Shown in pieces: positions 45,559 through 56,861 of a stretch of DNA of 63,058 bases. The position numbers and the translations under genes were made by a program. The notes under the pieces were generated by a model. It saw only the letters and a program-made list of their open reading frames with translations, did no database searches and had not been told where the DNA came from. This DNA is from Pseudomonadota bacterium. GTDB lineage: Bacteria > UBA10199 > 2-02-FULL-44-16 > DYJF01. The stretch covers positions 1 through 63,058 of the forward strand of contig JBDRBB010000016.1 in the NCBI GenBank assembly GCA_043823065.1, given 5' to 3'. Numbering within the stretch: position 1 is the stretch's first letter; each line of letters begins with the position of its first letter.

Positions 45559-47477
45559 TACTCTCCTGTTTCCTGATTTTCAAAATATTTTTCAAACATA
45601 GCACCAACAATTGGCGCTGCTGCTGTAGAACCAAAACCTCCATTTTCCACAATAACAGCCGCAGCCACTTGTGGATTTTCCGCTGGCGCAAAACCAATAA
45701 ACCAAGCATGATCCTTGCATCTATCTCCTTCGCAAAAAACATTGCTATCTAAAGCGATAACCTGAGCAGTTCCAGTCTTACCACCCATACTAATTTTTCG
45801 TCTGGATAAATGATGAGCAGTGCCACTTGGTGTAGCTACTACATCGATCATGGCTTCTCGTACTTTTTTTAAAACATCTTTGGGTATGGGAACCTCTTTC
45901 ATTTCTTCATCACTAGGTCTCCATTGATAAATTTCCTTTCCTGAATCATCAAACATCGCCCCAATTAAATGGGGCATTAAAGGCTGACCATCATTGGCAA
46001 TGTGGGCAACCACTAGAGCATTCTGCAGAGGCGTAACCAGATCATAACTTTGCCCAACTGCTATAGAAAGATTCTCTCCTTCTTGCCAGGGTTCGCCAAA
46101 ACGCTTTTTCTTCCAAGCAGAAGTGGGAATTAAACCGCTACGTTCATTGGAAAGAGCAATGCCGGTTTTTTGTCCCAAACCCAGAAAATTGGCATACTTG
46201 GCAATAGCATCCACTCCTAAACGCAATCCCATTAAATAAAAATAAACATCACATGATTGAGCAATAGCCTCTTTTAAAGCAATGGCTCCATGCCCGCCTT
46301 TTCTCCAACAACGAAATGGTCTTCCTCCAAAAAATAAGGCTCCTCGACAACCAATTTTCTCTTCAGGTTTGACTAATTTTTCTGCAAGCGCAGCTATGGC
46401 TGTTACCACTTTGTAGGTTGAAGCTGGAGGATAAGCGCCTTGAATAGCCCGATTTATTAAATATCCTTTTGGGTCAGCAGCTATTCTATTCCAATATTGT
46501 TGTCCTTCTGGGCTGGCTAAGACATTTAAATCATAAGAAGGTGAACTATACATAGCCAGGATACCACCATCTTTTAAATTCAGCATAACTGCTGCGCCTT
46601 TTTTACCTGTTGAAGGATACCGCGGGCTTTTATCATTTTCTAACTTAGGTTCAAAATACTCTTGAGCCACTTCTTGAACATCTTTATCAATCGTCAAAAG
46701 CAAACTATTACCGGCAAGCGCTGCTGCCTGCTGCAAATCTTCCGCGATTGAAGCAAAGTCAACTTCTCTTCCAACAGCATTTACAATATGTTGTTCATAA
46801 CCATCTTGTCCTCGCAGTTCCATATCCCAAACTTCTTCTATCCCAGTAATGCCAATTTGATCTCCCATTTTATAACGGTTTGGATATAGTTCCTCATATT
46901 CCAACAAGCGATCACTATCAATTTCTCGAACATAACCCAGGATGTGAGTCGCCAAACTTCCATTAGGATAAGTGCGCAGATAGCGCACCAAAACTTCCAC
47001 ACCTCTAAAATCATCAATACTTGTAGCATCATCATACCAAACACCTTGACGTGCTAAAATCTTGGCCACCACATCCCGCTCCACATCTTCTTTGAGAATA
47101 ATTGGACGATATGAAGGTTGGTTGCCGCGTTTGGCCCATTTTTCCTGCAACTCAGCTAATGGCAAATCAAGATATTTAGACATAGCTGCCAAAACCTTAG
47201 TTGGATTTAAAACATATTGAGGAATGATCGCAATATCATAGGCTGGACGATTCTCCACCAAAACTTTTCCTTTTCTATCAAAAATAATACCGCGAGCTGC
47301 AGGTATTTTAGTTTCTTTGATACTATTTTCTGTGGAAAAAAAACGATAGGTATCGCCCTTCAAAATCTGCAAATAGTAAAGACGAACCAGCACAATCACA
47401 AAAAACACAATGATCGCTAAAATTAAATACTTAAAACGGTGGTCTAAATCCGCTGTATATTCGTGAGTAAGTTTCAT
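45558..47477 (-). CDS. mrdA: Penicillin-binding protein 2
   Basis: ARG.IFDR, PASTYK (SxxK), SCD, KTGTAQ. Confidence 0.96.
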   Translation of the reverse strand: MKLTHEYTADLDHRFKYLILAIIVFFVIVLVRLYYLQILKGDTYRFFSTENSIKETKIPAARGIIFDRKGKVLVENRPAYDIAIIPQYVLNPTKVLAAMSKYLDLPLAELQEKWAKRGNQPSYRPIILKEDVERDVVAKILARQGVWYDDATSIDDFRGVEVLVRYLRTYPNGSLATHILGYVREIDSDRLLEYEELYPNRYKMGDQIGITGIEEVWDMELRGQDGYEQHIVNAVGREVDFASIAEDLQQAAALAGNSLLLTIDKDVQEVAQEYFEPKLENDKSPRYPSTGKKGAAVMLNLKDGGILAMYSSPSYDLNVLASPEGQQYWNRIAADPKGYLINRAIQGAYPPASTYKVVTAIAALAEKLVKPEEKIGCRGALFFGGRPFRCWRKGGHGAIALKEAIAQSCDVYFYLMGLRLGVDAIAKYANFLGLGQKTGIALSNERSGLIPTSAWKKKRFGEPWQEGENLSIAVGQSYDLVTPLQNALVVAHIANDGQPLMPHLIGAMFDDSGKEIYQWRPSDEEMKEVPIPKDVLKKVREAMIDVVATPSGTAHHLSRRKISMGGKTGTAQVIALDSNVFCEGDRCKDHAWFIGFAPAENPQVAAAVIVENGGFGSTAAAPIVGAMFEKYFENQETGE

Positions 47478-47995
47478 TTTACAATGATTTTCTTGGGTTT
47501 AAATAACTTGTTCCAGGATAGATCTGCATATTTTTTTAAGAGCGGTATCATCAGCAAGCCTAAAGACGCGTCAAAAACTGCTTGGGGCAAAGCATGTCTC
47601 ATAAAAATTTCAAAAATAAACATATCGCCAGACCAAATATAAGCTAGCAAACCAGTGGCAACCTTCTCTAATAACGAGGCTAAACCTACCCAAACAAAAC
47701 GTGCCACCCAAACTTCCACCATAATTCGTGAAATAATCATTCTAATAAAACCATAAACAATTAGATAGGAAAAGACTGATAAACCAAAGGGGCCAGAAGA
47801 CAAGGTATCCATTAATACACCAAGCACCACTATTATAAAAATATTGCCCCTTTGTTCTTCAAGGAGCGCCAAAGTAATAACAGCATATAAAATAAAATTA
47901 AAATGGATTAACGAACTAGGCCATCCTGCCAGCCAAGTGCTTTCCAAGATAACAGACCCTAGACCATAAAATAAAAAAAGTAAGAATACTCTCAT
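47474..47995 (-). CDS. mreD: Rod shape-determining protein MreD
   Basis: Hydrophobic protein with G.LMD.LS..PFG motif, between mreC and mrdA. Confidence 0.85.
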   Translation of the reverse strand: MRVFLLFLFYGLGSVILESTWLAGWPSSLIHFNFILYAVITLALLEEQRGNIFIIVVLGVLMDTLSSGPFGLSVFSYLIVYGFIRMIISRIMVEVWVARFVWVGLASLLEKVATGLLAYIWSGDMFIFEIFMRHALPQAVFDASLGLLMIPLLKKYADLSWNKLFKPKKIIVK

Positions 47996-48834
47996 TCGCT
48001 ATCTTTTAAGATGACTAAAACTTCTTCTAACTCTGCAAAGTTTTCAAAAGGAACTACTTCAGCTTCTTGAAACACTCCATAAGATGTCTCTACAATATTA
48101 TGTATAGTGCCAACCGGTATTCCTCTGGGATAAACCTGATCAAATCCAGAAGTAACAATTATGTCGCTTTCTTTTATATCGCTTACTCGTCTTAAATATT
48201 CTAATCTGGAAATATAAGCACCAGCTTTTAGTTCAGTTTTTTTGGCTGTACCAATTAAAACTGCAGCTGCCCGCGATCTTTGATCCAAAACATCAACAGC
48301 GCTATTAGGATCTATAATCAACAAAACCTGCGCAGAATAGGTTGCAACTTTACCTACATGTCCCACTAACCCTTTTGAACCAATAACTGGCATTAAAGGT
48401 TTTACACCGTGTTTGCGTCCTTTATTAATAGTGATACTTTTAAAATCTGCTCTAGGATCATTAGCTATTACGCGAGCCACCTTTGTAGGATAAGAAATTG
48501 CTTGTTTGTATTCTAAGAGTGAACGCAAACGCTGATTTTCGTGTATAACATCTTCTTGTCTAATCAATTCGCTTTGCAACCTGGCATTGTCCTTGATTAA
48601 TTCTTTGTTCTGTTCGCTCACTTCCACCAGATAGAAATATTTATCCCAAACTGAACCCAACCTATTTGATAAAAAAGAAACTACCCCTTGAATTGGACTT
48701 AGGAGATTTAAAATAGCTGATTCATACCAGCTAGCTGAACGCGCCCTACTGGATGAAAGAGAAAAAAAGATTAGGGCTAAAACTAAGGGAATGATGAAAT
48801 TTAAGATTTTGCGTTTTCCTGAGAACCATCTCAT
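47992..48834 (-). CDS. mreC: Rod shape-determining protein MreC
   Basis: Coiled coil ENQRLRSLL, ITINKG..HGV, VTSGFDQVYPRGIPVG. Confidence 0.95.
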   Translation of the reverse strand: MRWFSGKRKILNFIIPLVLALIFFSLSSSRARSASWYESAILNLLSPIQGVVSFLSNRLGSVWDKYFYLVEVSEQNKELIKDNARLQSELIRQEDVIHENQRLRSLLEYKQAISYPTKVARVIANDPRADFKSITINKGRKHGVKPLMPVIGSKGLVGHVGKVATYSAQVLLIIDPNSAVDVLDQRSRAAAVLIGTAKKTELKAGAYISRLEYLRRVSDIKESDIIVTSGFDQVYPRGIPVGTIHNIVETSYGVFQEAEVVPFENFAELEEVLVILKDSE

Positions 48835-48845
48835 GAGATAATATT

Positions 48846-49892
<1,047 letters not shown>

Positions 49893-49999
49893 TTAACAAA
49901 GCACAAATTAAATAGCAACAAAATTGTTGATTTATGAGCTTGGTTTCGTTACTTTTTGCCAACTTTTATCTGGCAAACTCGATACCCTAGGAGAACAAA

Positions 50000-51019
50000 A
50001 TGTTAGACCTAATGCGTAAACATGCAACCTCTTGGATGATTAAATTAATTCTAGGAGCCATCATTATCAGTTTTGCCTTTTTTTTCGGTTATAGCCAATA
50101 TGATGGCAATTCAGAAGGAACGGTATCCAAAGGCGATATTGTAGCCCGGGTTAATGGCCATCCTATTTCTGGCGAACAATTTGAGTTTTTTTATGCCCAA
50201 AATCTTGATCGCTTAAAACAAGCATTTGCTGATCAAGAATTAAATGAAAATGTGCGTAATTTTGCCCAATCAATGACTTTGCAACAAATTATTAGAAGAG
50301 ACTTTTTACTGAATGCAGCCAAGCAAGCAGGTATTAAAATTTCTGATGAACAACTAGCTTCTGTAATCCGCAAAAATATCGAAACTATTAACAATGGTAA
50401 ATTTGATCCAATTTTTTATAAGCATCAATATTTACCATACTATCAAAATCGTTTTGGCATTAACTATGAAGATATTATACGGCAAGATTTATCAATTTCA
50501 ACTTTGGAACAACTTTTTAAAAATTTACCTTATTTGGAGGTAAAATTAGATGAGCAAATCAAAACTATAATGTGGACTTTCAAGATAGTAGAAATTGAAG
50601 CAGAAAATAAATCAACATCTATAACATCTGAAGAAGTGCAAAATGAACTCCTTGGTGAACAAAAAGCCCAATCATTTATCAATGCGCCTATCGAAAGCTG
50701 GGAAGCTCTGGCTAATATAGATAAAGCAGTGGTTCAAAAAATAGGGCCAATATCACTTGCCGAAAAAAATAAGGTTTTACAGGGTTTAGGCACTTTTGAA
50801 AATTATAAAACAATTTTTTCCTTAAACCAAAACAGCCCGGTTCTTAAACAACCAATTAAACATGGCGATAAAATTTTTGTAATTGGATTAATTGAACAAA
50901 AAGAAGTTTCAAAAGAAAATGAAAAAAACAATACTGATTCGACAAATATAACTTCTGATTTTCTCAACCTTTGGCTACAACAAGAAATGTCTGAAGCTGA
51001 AGTAGAAACTTTTCAATAG
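50000..51019 (+). CDS. SurA N-terminal-domain periplasmic chaperone (PpiD-like, short)
   Basis: MLDLMRK..SW.IK.ILG.II.SF, VARVNG..IS; divergent from mreB. Confidence 0.75.
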   Translation: MLDLMRKHATSWMIKLILGAIIISFAFFFGYSQYDGNSEGTVSKGDIVARVNGHPISGEQFEFFYAQNLDRLKQAFADQELNENVRNFAQSMTLQQIIRRDFLLNAAKQAGIKISDEQLASVIRKNIETINNGKFDPIFYKHQYLPYYQNRFGINYEDIIRQDLSISTLEQLFKNLPYLEVKLDEQIKTIMWTFKIVEIEAENKSTSITSEEVQNELLGEQKAQSFINAPIESWEALANIDKAVVQKIGPISLAEKNKVLQGLGTFENYKTIFSLNQNSPVLKQPIKHGDKIFVIGLIEQKEVSKENEKNNTDSTNITSDFLNLWLQQEMSEAEVETFQ

Positions 51020-51026
51020 AACCTAG

Positions 51027-52541
51027 ATGTATTCTTATTTAAAAGCTTTAATTAATGCAGGTGCGGAAGTTTTTGAGGTGGGAGGAACAGTACGAGACCG
51101 CCTGCTTGAGCGCCCTACCAAAGATAAAGATTATCTAATCAGAAAATTAGATGTTAAACAAATCTGCCAGATTTTGGAACCCTTTGGCAAAGTTGCCTTA
51201 GTTGGTCAATTCTTTGGTGTTATAAAATTTACGCCTTTTCAAAAAAGAGAACTCACCGTGGATTTTTCTCTACCCCGCAAAGAATATTCTACAGGTCTGG
51301 GGCATCGCGATTTTGATGTCAAGTTTGATCCTATGTTGCCAGTAATTGAGGACTTGGGACGCCGAGATTTTACAATCAATGCTATGGCCTACAACATTCA
51401 AACCGAAGAGTTGTTAGATCCTTTTTTTGGTCAAAAAGATTTAAAAAATAAATTACTCCGCCAGGTATTTGACAAAGCTTTTATTGAAGACCCCTTACGC
51501 ATGTTACGCGGCATTCAATTTGCCGCCAGATTTAATCTTAAGATTGAAGATCAAACTTTATTAGCTATGCAAGAGCAGGCATCGAAGATTACAACTGTTT
51601 CAGCAGAACGCATAGCTGAAGAAATTAAAAAACTTTTTTTGGCACAACACCCTTCTGTTGGTTTTGAACTAATGGCAAAAACCAAGTTACTTAGCCAAAT
51701 TTTTCCTGAACTAGCTGCCTTAAGAGGAATTAGCCAAGATAAACAACCCGGTGAAGACGTATATGATCACACTATGCGTGTATTAGATGCTGCCAGTAGC
51801 GATCTGGCCATTGATAATCGGGGCAATATCAATCTTCTTTTTGCCGCCCTATTGCACGATATTGGCAAAGCTTCTACTTCCCGCTATCATGAACCTTCTG
51901 AGAGAATTGTTTTTTTTGGACACCAAGCAGCTTCAGCTAGAATGGCTCGCAAAATTTTAAAAAGACTTAAAGTGGAAAATATTGGTGTTGATATTGAAAC
52001 AGTGCTCACACTGATCAAAAACCATATGTTTGAAACTAAGGCGTTTTATAGTGACAAAGCTATTCGCCGCTTTATTCACAAGATTGGCAAAGATCTAATC
52101 TTGCTGTTGATCGATTTAAGGCTAGCTGACAACCGCGGCGGCAAACATCCTAATAGCATTAAAGGTGTTCAAAAACTCAGGAAAAGAATTATTGAGGAGA
52201 TAGAAAGAAAACCACCTTTTGGACCAAAAGATTTAGCCATAAATGGTAAAGATATTATGCAACTAGGTGTTGCTCAAGGACCATTCATCGGCCAGATTCA
52301 AAAACAGTTGATTGAAGTTGTCTTAGATGATCCTGGTTTAAACACCAAAGAACATCTCCTTGCACTGGTTGCAAATTTAAGAGATAATAGCGCACATGGG
52401 GCAACAGATTCTACGCATAACAAAGGAAAAGTTTCCCAAACAAAGAAAAAAGTGGACAAGACATCCAGCCACAAAAGTAAAAAAATCAAAAAAAATCTAT
52501 CAGCGCAGCAAGGCAAAAGCAAACAGCAGAAAGAAAATTAA
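51027..52541 (+). CDS. tRNA nucleotidyltransferase (CCA-adding class II) with HD domain
   Basis: VGGTVRD..DKD, DLGRRDFTINAMA, EDPLRMLR, LLHDIGK; CCA, CC or A specificity not determinable by eye. Confidence 0.9.
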   Translation: MYSYLKALINAGAEVFEVGGTVRDRLLERPTKDKDYLIRKLDVKQICQILEPFGKVALVGQFFGVIKFTPFQKRELTVDFSLPRKEYSTGLGHRDFDVKFDPMLPVIEDLGRRDFTINAMAYNIQTEELLDPFFGQKDLKNKLLRQVFDKAFIEDPLRMLRGIQFAARFNLKIEDQTLLAMQEQASKITTVSAERIAEEIKKLFLAQHPSVGFELMAKTKLLSQIFPELAALRGISQDKQPGEDVYDHTMRVLDAASSDLAIDNRGNINLLFAALLHDIGKASTSRYHEPSERIVFFGHQAASARMARKILKRLKVENIGVDIETVLTLIKNHMFETKAFYSDKAIRRFIHKIGKDLILLLIDLRLADNRGGKHPNSIKGVQKLRKRIIEEIERKPPFGPKDLAINGKDIMQLGVAQGPFIGQIQKQLIEVVLDDPGLNTKEHLLALVANLRDNSAHGATDSTHNKGKVSQTKKKVDKTSSHKSKKIKKNLSAQQGKSKQQKEN

Positions 52542-52543
52542 AA

Positions 52544-52975
52544 ATGAAGCATAGTAACAAAAAAAAAACAAAAGCTGCTGGCGATAAATTATTTGCTAAA
52601 GGAAAATTTAAGCAGGCCCTGGCTAAATATAGAGAAGCCCTGCTAGATGATCCAGAAAACGCGGAATTATATGACAAATTGATTGAGACACGCAACCATT
52701 TGGAAGATGATTGGAAAATTGATGATTTTGTGGAAATACTATCTTGGACCATGAAACAACAAGAGCTAAATGAACCAAAGATCAAACAAGTTCATGCCAA
52801 GCTATCTCCTGAATGGGGCCAAGCCACGGACTTAGTCATGAAAATTATGTTAGCTAATGATGAAGACCAAAAACTACAGGATTTAATTAATGAGTTGGTT
52901 AATCTAGGTGCAACTGGAACTTTGGCCTTAGTGGACATCCTAAGAAAAACAACTCGTGGAGCAAATCATGAATAA
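52544..52975 (+). CDS. Hypothetical protein with TPR-like N-terminus
   Basis: GDKLFAKGKFKQALAKYREAL..DPENAE; operonic spacing. Confidence 0.65.
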   Translation: MKHSNKKKTKAAGDKLFAKGKFKQALAKYREALLDDPENAELYDKLIETRNHLEDDWKIDDFVEILSWTMKQQELNEPKIKQVHAKLSPEWGQATDLVMKIMLANDEDQKLQDLINELVNLGATGTLALVDILRKTTRGANHE

Positions 52976-53582
52976 AATTGGTTTAACTGGTGGAATAGCA
53001 ACTGGGAAATCTACAGTAGCCTGGATGTTTGGCGAACTTGGTTTACCGGTCATTAATGCAGATGAAATTGCTCATGAGGTGATTGCTCCCCATACCAGCA
53101 CTTGGAAACAGCTTTTTGAACGTTATGGTAAAAAAATTCTCCAAAAAGGAGATACTATCAATCGCGATGCTTTGGCTGATATTATTTTTCATGATCTATC
53201 TGAAAGAAAATTTGTGGAATCAGTTATTCATCCCCAAGTAAAAGAAGAGTTAGTTAGAAAAGTAGCACATCTCCAAAAAGACAATGCAACCCATTTAATA
53301 ATTGAAATTCCGCTCTTGTTTGAAAGCAAAATGCAGGAAGACATGGATTCAATAATTGTAGTGCGTTGTGATTTAGAACAACAAATAAAAAGATGCCAAA
53401 AGAAATTTGATTTGACTCGTGGGGAAGCTGTTATTCGCATTCAAACCCAAATTCCCTTAGCTAAAAAAATCGACAAAGCTGATTATGTAATCGATACTGC
53501 GGGCTCAAAATCTGAAACCATGATTCAAGTCCGCCGGATTTATACAGCTTTAGAAAAAGGCGAATTACATCCTAAAAAATAA
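52968..53582 (+). CDS. coaE: Dephospho-CoA kinase
   Basis: IGLTGGIATGKSTV, ESVIHP, EIPLLFE. Confidence 0.96.
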   Translation: MNKIGLTGGIATGKSTVAWMFGELGLPVINADEIAHEVIAPHTSTWKQLFERYGKKILQKGDTINRDALADIIFHDLSERKFVESVIHPQVKEELVRKVAHLQKDNATHLIIEIPLLFESKMQEDMDSIIVVRCDLEQQIKRCQKKFDLTRGEAVIRIQTQIPLAKKIDKADYVIDTAGSKSETMIQVRRIYTALEKGELHPKK

Positions 53583-53583
53583 T

Positions 53584-55692
53584 TTAGGCGTTTTCTATTG
53601 GGCCGTCGTAGTCCAAGGCATCTTTGCGAGACAGCCTAACTTTACCAGATTCTTTGTCAACTTCAGTACATTTTACAATAACCTTATCACCAACATTGAG
53701 CACATCTGTTACTTTATTTACCCTGCTTTTTTCCAACTGGGAAATATGAATCAAACCATCAACTTTAGGATATATCTCTACAAAAGCGCCAAAATCAGCA
53801 ATTCTCACAACTTTTCCTTGATAATATTTTCCTGGCTCAACTTCAGCTGTATGTTCTTTGATCAGCTTTAAGGCAGCATCGCCAGAAGCTTGATTCATGG
53901 CGCCAACAATTACTGTTCCATCGTCATTAATATCAATTGTTGCTCCAGTATCTTCAATAATCTTGCGAATATTTTTTCCACCTGGCCCAATTAAATCGCC
54001 AATGCGATCCACTGGTATTCTTATGGTTGTTAGCTTAGGCGCATATTGCGATAATTCAGTTTTTGGCTGAGAAATTACCTTATTCATTTTTTCTAATATA
54101 TGCAGGCGCCCTTCTCTTGCTTGAGTTAAGGCCTGGGCCAAAAGTTCTTTGGTTAAACCAGTTATTTTAATATCCATCTGAATAGAGGTAATTCCATTTT
54201 TAGTACCAGCCACTTTGAAATCCATGTCACCTAGATGATCTTCATCTCCTAAAATGTCAGATAGAATGACCGTGTGCTTTCCTTCATGGATTAGTCCCAT
54301 GGCAATACCAGCAACCGCATCTTTTAAGGGTACTCCAGCTGCCATTAAAGATAGAGAAGAACCGCAAACTGAAGCCATGGAAGAAGAACCATTTGATTCC
54401 AATATTTCAGACACTAAACGAATGGTATAAGGGAAATCTTCCTGTTTTGGCAGCAAAGGCCTAATAGAACGTTCTGCTAAAGCACCATGGCCAACTTCAC
54501 GCCGACCAGGACTTCTCAAAAACTTCACTTCGCCAACAGAGAAAGGTGGAAAATTATAATGCAACATAAAATGCTTATAATATTCACCACCAATAGAATC
54601 TATTAATTGCTGATCTTCTTTCGTACCCAAAGTAGTTACTACCAAGGCCTGGGTTTCACCTCTGGTAAAAAGAGCAGAACCATGAGTTCTGGGAAGATAG
54701 TCAATTTCACAAGTAATAGGCCTAATTTCTGTTGTCTTGCGACCGTCAATGCGCAAGCCATCTTTAACAATCATTTTTCTAATGGTTTCATATTTCTCTT
54801 GTTCAATGATTGATTCCACCATCTTGGCCAAACCTGTTTCATCTCCCTCTGGCACCAAGACAGTCATAAGATCATTTTTCAAGTTCCGATAAGCAGTATA
54901 ACGTTCTGCTTTTGTCTTTATTTTAGCTGCTTCAACTAGTTTATTGCCTAGCTGATCTCTAACTTTATTAATTAATTCCTTATTTGGTTCGGGCTTAACA
55001 ATTTCAATTTTTGGTTTGCCTATTTTTTCCTTCATCTCCATTTGCAAGGCAATCAATGGCTGCATTTGTTCATGAGCAAACTCAATGGCAGCTAGCATAT
55101 CTGCTTCACTCACTTCATTTCCGCCACCTTCCATCATCACCACTGCATCTTTGGAACCAGCAACTATAATATCAATATCAGATTTCTCTAAAATATTATT
55201 GGTAGGATTTAAGACAAATTTACCATCAACTCTACCCACCCTGACACCGGCAATTGGTCCTAAAAATGGCGCTTCAGAAATTATCAAAGCTGCAGAAGCA
55301 CCAATGATGGCCATTATATCTGATTCATGTTCTTCATCAGCAGAAAGAACTGTGGCAATAATTTGGGTCTCATAAAAATAACCATCTGGAAACAAGGGAC
55401 GGATGGGACGATCTATAAAACGCGAAGTTAAGACTTCTCGCTCAGATGGACGGCCTTCTCTTTTGAAAAAACCTCCTGGAATCTTTCCAGCAGCAAAGGT
55501 TTTTTCAACATAATCACAGCTTAATGGCAAAAAATCTGCGCCATCTTTTGCGTCTTTGCTAACTACAGCAGTTACCAAAACCATGGTATCACCATAACGA
55601 ACAGTGACCGAACCACTGGCTTGCTTAGCAATTGCACCAGTTTCGATTATGAATGGTTTTCCAGCCAGGGTTGTTTCAAATTTGTGAAACAT
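53584..55692 (-). CDS. pnp: Polyribonucleotide nucleotidyltransferase
   Basis: AGKIPGGFFKREGRP, HGSALFTRGETQ, ESNGSSSMAS, GDMDFKVAG, KH and S1 domains. Confidence 0.99.
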   Translation of the reverse strand: MFHKFETTLAGKPFIIETGAIAKQASGSVTVRYGDTMVLVTAVVSKDAKDGADFLPLSCDYVEKTFAAGKIPGGFFKREGRPSEREVLTSRFIDRPIRPLFPDGYFYETQIIATVLSADEEHESDIMAIIGASAALIISEAPFLGPIAGVRVGRVDGKFVLNPTNNILEKSDIDIIVAGSKDAVVMMEGGGNEVSEADMLAAIEFAHEQMQPLIALQMEMKEKIGKPKIEIVKPEPNKELINKVRDQLGNKLVEAAKIKTKAERYTAYRNLKNDLMTVLVPEGDETGLAKMVESIIEQEKYETIRKMIVKDGLRIDGRKTTEIRPITCEIDYLPRTHGSALFTRGETQALVVTTLGTKEDQQLIDSIGGEYYKHFMLHYNFPPFSVGEVKFLRSPGRREVGHGALAERSIRPLLPKQEDFPYTIRLVSEILESNGSSSMASVCGSSLSLMAAGVPLKDAVAGIAMGLIHEGKHTVILSDILGDEDHLGDMDFKVAGTKNGITSIQMDIKITGLTKELLAQALTQAREGRLHILEKMNKVISQPKTELSQYAPKLTTIRIPVDRIGDLIGPGGKNIRKIIEDTGATIDINDDGTVIVGAMNQASGDAALKLIKEHTAEVEPGKYYQGKVVRIADFGAFVEIYPKVDGLIHISQLEKSRVNKVTDVLNVGDKVIVKCTEVDKESGKVRLSRKDALDYDGPIENA

Positions 55693-55731
55693 ATTTTAAC
55701 TCCTTTTTGTCTGGCTAGGTTTAAGAAAGGC

Positions 55732-55795
55732 CTGATAACTTACAAAAATGCGCGACTCGCTCACTTACGAACCGCGCATTCTTATAAATTATCAG
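55732..55795 (-). promoter_or_regulatory. 23-bp RNA stem in the rpsO-pnp leader (probable RNase III site)
   Basis: Fully paired on the mRNA strand with 3 G.U pairs. Confidence 0.6.
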
Positions 55796-55821
55796 TTCCT
55801 AAAGCATTATTTTTGCTTTGC

Positions 55822-56091
55822 CTATTTTCTTAATCCTAGCTTATCGATTAGATTTTTATAACCATCTACATTATTGGTATGTAAATATTTCAGCAATTTT
55901 CTACGCCTACCTACTAATTTAAGTAAGCCCCGCCTACTTGAATGATCTTTAACATGCTTATTAAAGTGCCCATTAAGATTGCCTATTCTTTCAGAAAGCA
56001 AAGCAATTTGCACTTCGCATGACCCAGTATCTTTTTCGTGGGCGCGATATTCTTGAATAACTTCTGTTTTTCTCTCTGGCTGAATACTCAT
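55822..56091 (-). CDS. rpsO: 30S ribosomal protein S15
   Basis: [37 protein letters not shown]. Confidence 0.99.
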   Translation of the reverse strand: MSIQPERKTEVIQEYRAHEKDTGSCEVQIALLSERIGNLNGHFNKHVKDHSSRRGLLKLVGRRRKLLKYLHTNNVDGYKNLIDKLGLRK

Positions 56092-56125
56092 AGGGTTGGC
56101 TCCTTAGCATGGGTTTTAATAGTTG

Positions 56126-56836
56126 TCAAACAAAAGAAATTGTTGATTTTAACATTTTACACCTTTGAGTGAGGCTCAATGCTCTAAATTTCCCAAAAAT
56201 AACTGCATCTTGAAGCTTAAAAGGGCCACTTTCCAAGCGCCTAATTCTGGCTGCATGGCCACAACAGCCTATTTTTTCTCCAAGATCACGACATAAAGCC
56301 CTCACATAAGTTCCCGAAGAACAGGTTACTTTCATCTTCAATCTTGGATTTCCACTGGAATTTATCCTTGAGGAATCCATCAATATTTCTAAATCATATA
56401 TTGTTACTTCACGCGACTCAACTTGGATTTTTTGCCCTTTTCTGGCCTTTTTATACAAGGGCTCACCCATAAGTTTTACCGCAGAATACGTTGGTGGCAC
56501 TTGCTTAATTTTACCCTGAAATTCAGGCAAAGCCTTAGTAATCAGCTTAAGGTAATTCTTAGGTATTTTTTTGTTTTTTATAACCTGGCCAGAATCATCA
56601 TCAGTATCTGTAGCAATGCCCAGAACTAAATCAAACTCATATACCTTCAATGTATTATTAAATTTCGCAGCAAGTTTTGTGGCGCCATTAACTACCAAAG
56701 GTAGTACACCTGTTGCTCCAGGATCTAGAGTTCCTAAATGCCCCACTTTTTTGGCAGCCAAAAGACGTTTAACTTCCTGGACTATATCGTGAGAAGTTGG
56801 CCCTGCTGGTTTATCAATAATTAGAATTCCATCCAT
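56126..56836 (-). CDS. truB: tRNA pseudouridine(55) synthase (short, no C-terminal PUA domain)
   Basis: KVGHLGTLDP.ATGVL, QVPP.YSAVK, CSSGTYVR. Confidence 0.96.
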   Translation of the reverse strand: MDGILIIDKPAGPTSHDIVQEVKRLLAAKKVGHLGTLDPGATGVLPLVVNGATKLAAKFNNTLKVYEFDLVLGIATDTDDDSGQVIKNKKIPKNYLKLITKALPEFQGKIKQVPPTYSAVKLMGEPLYKKARKGQKIQVESREVTIYDLEILMDSSRINSSGNPRLKMKVTCSSGTYVRALCRDLGEKIGCCGHAARIRRLESGPFKLQDAVIFGKFRALSLTQRCKMLKSTISFV

Positions 56837-56861
56837 ATAGCTTGTTCATTAATTCTTGTAT

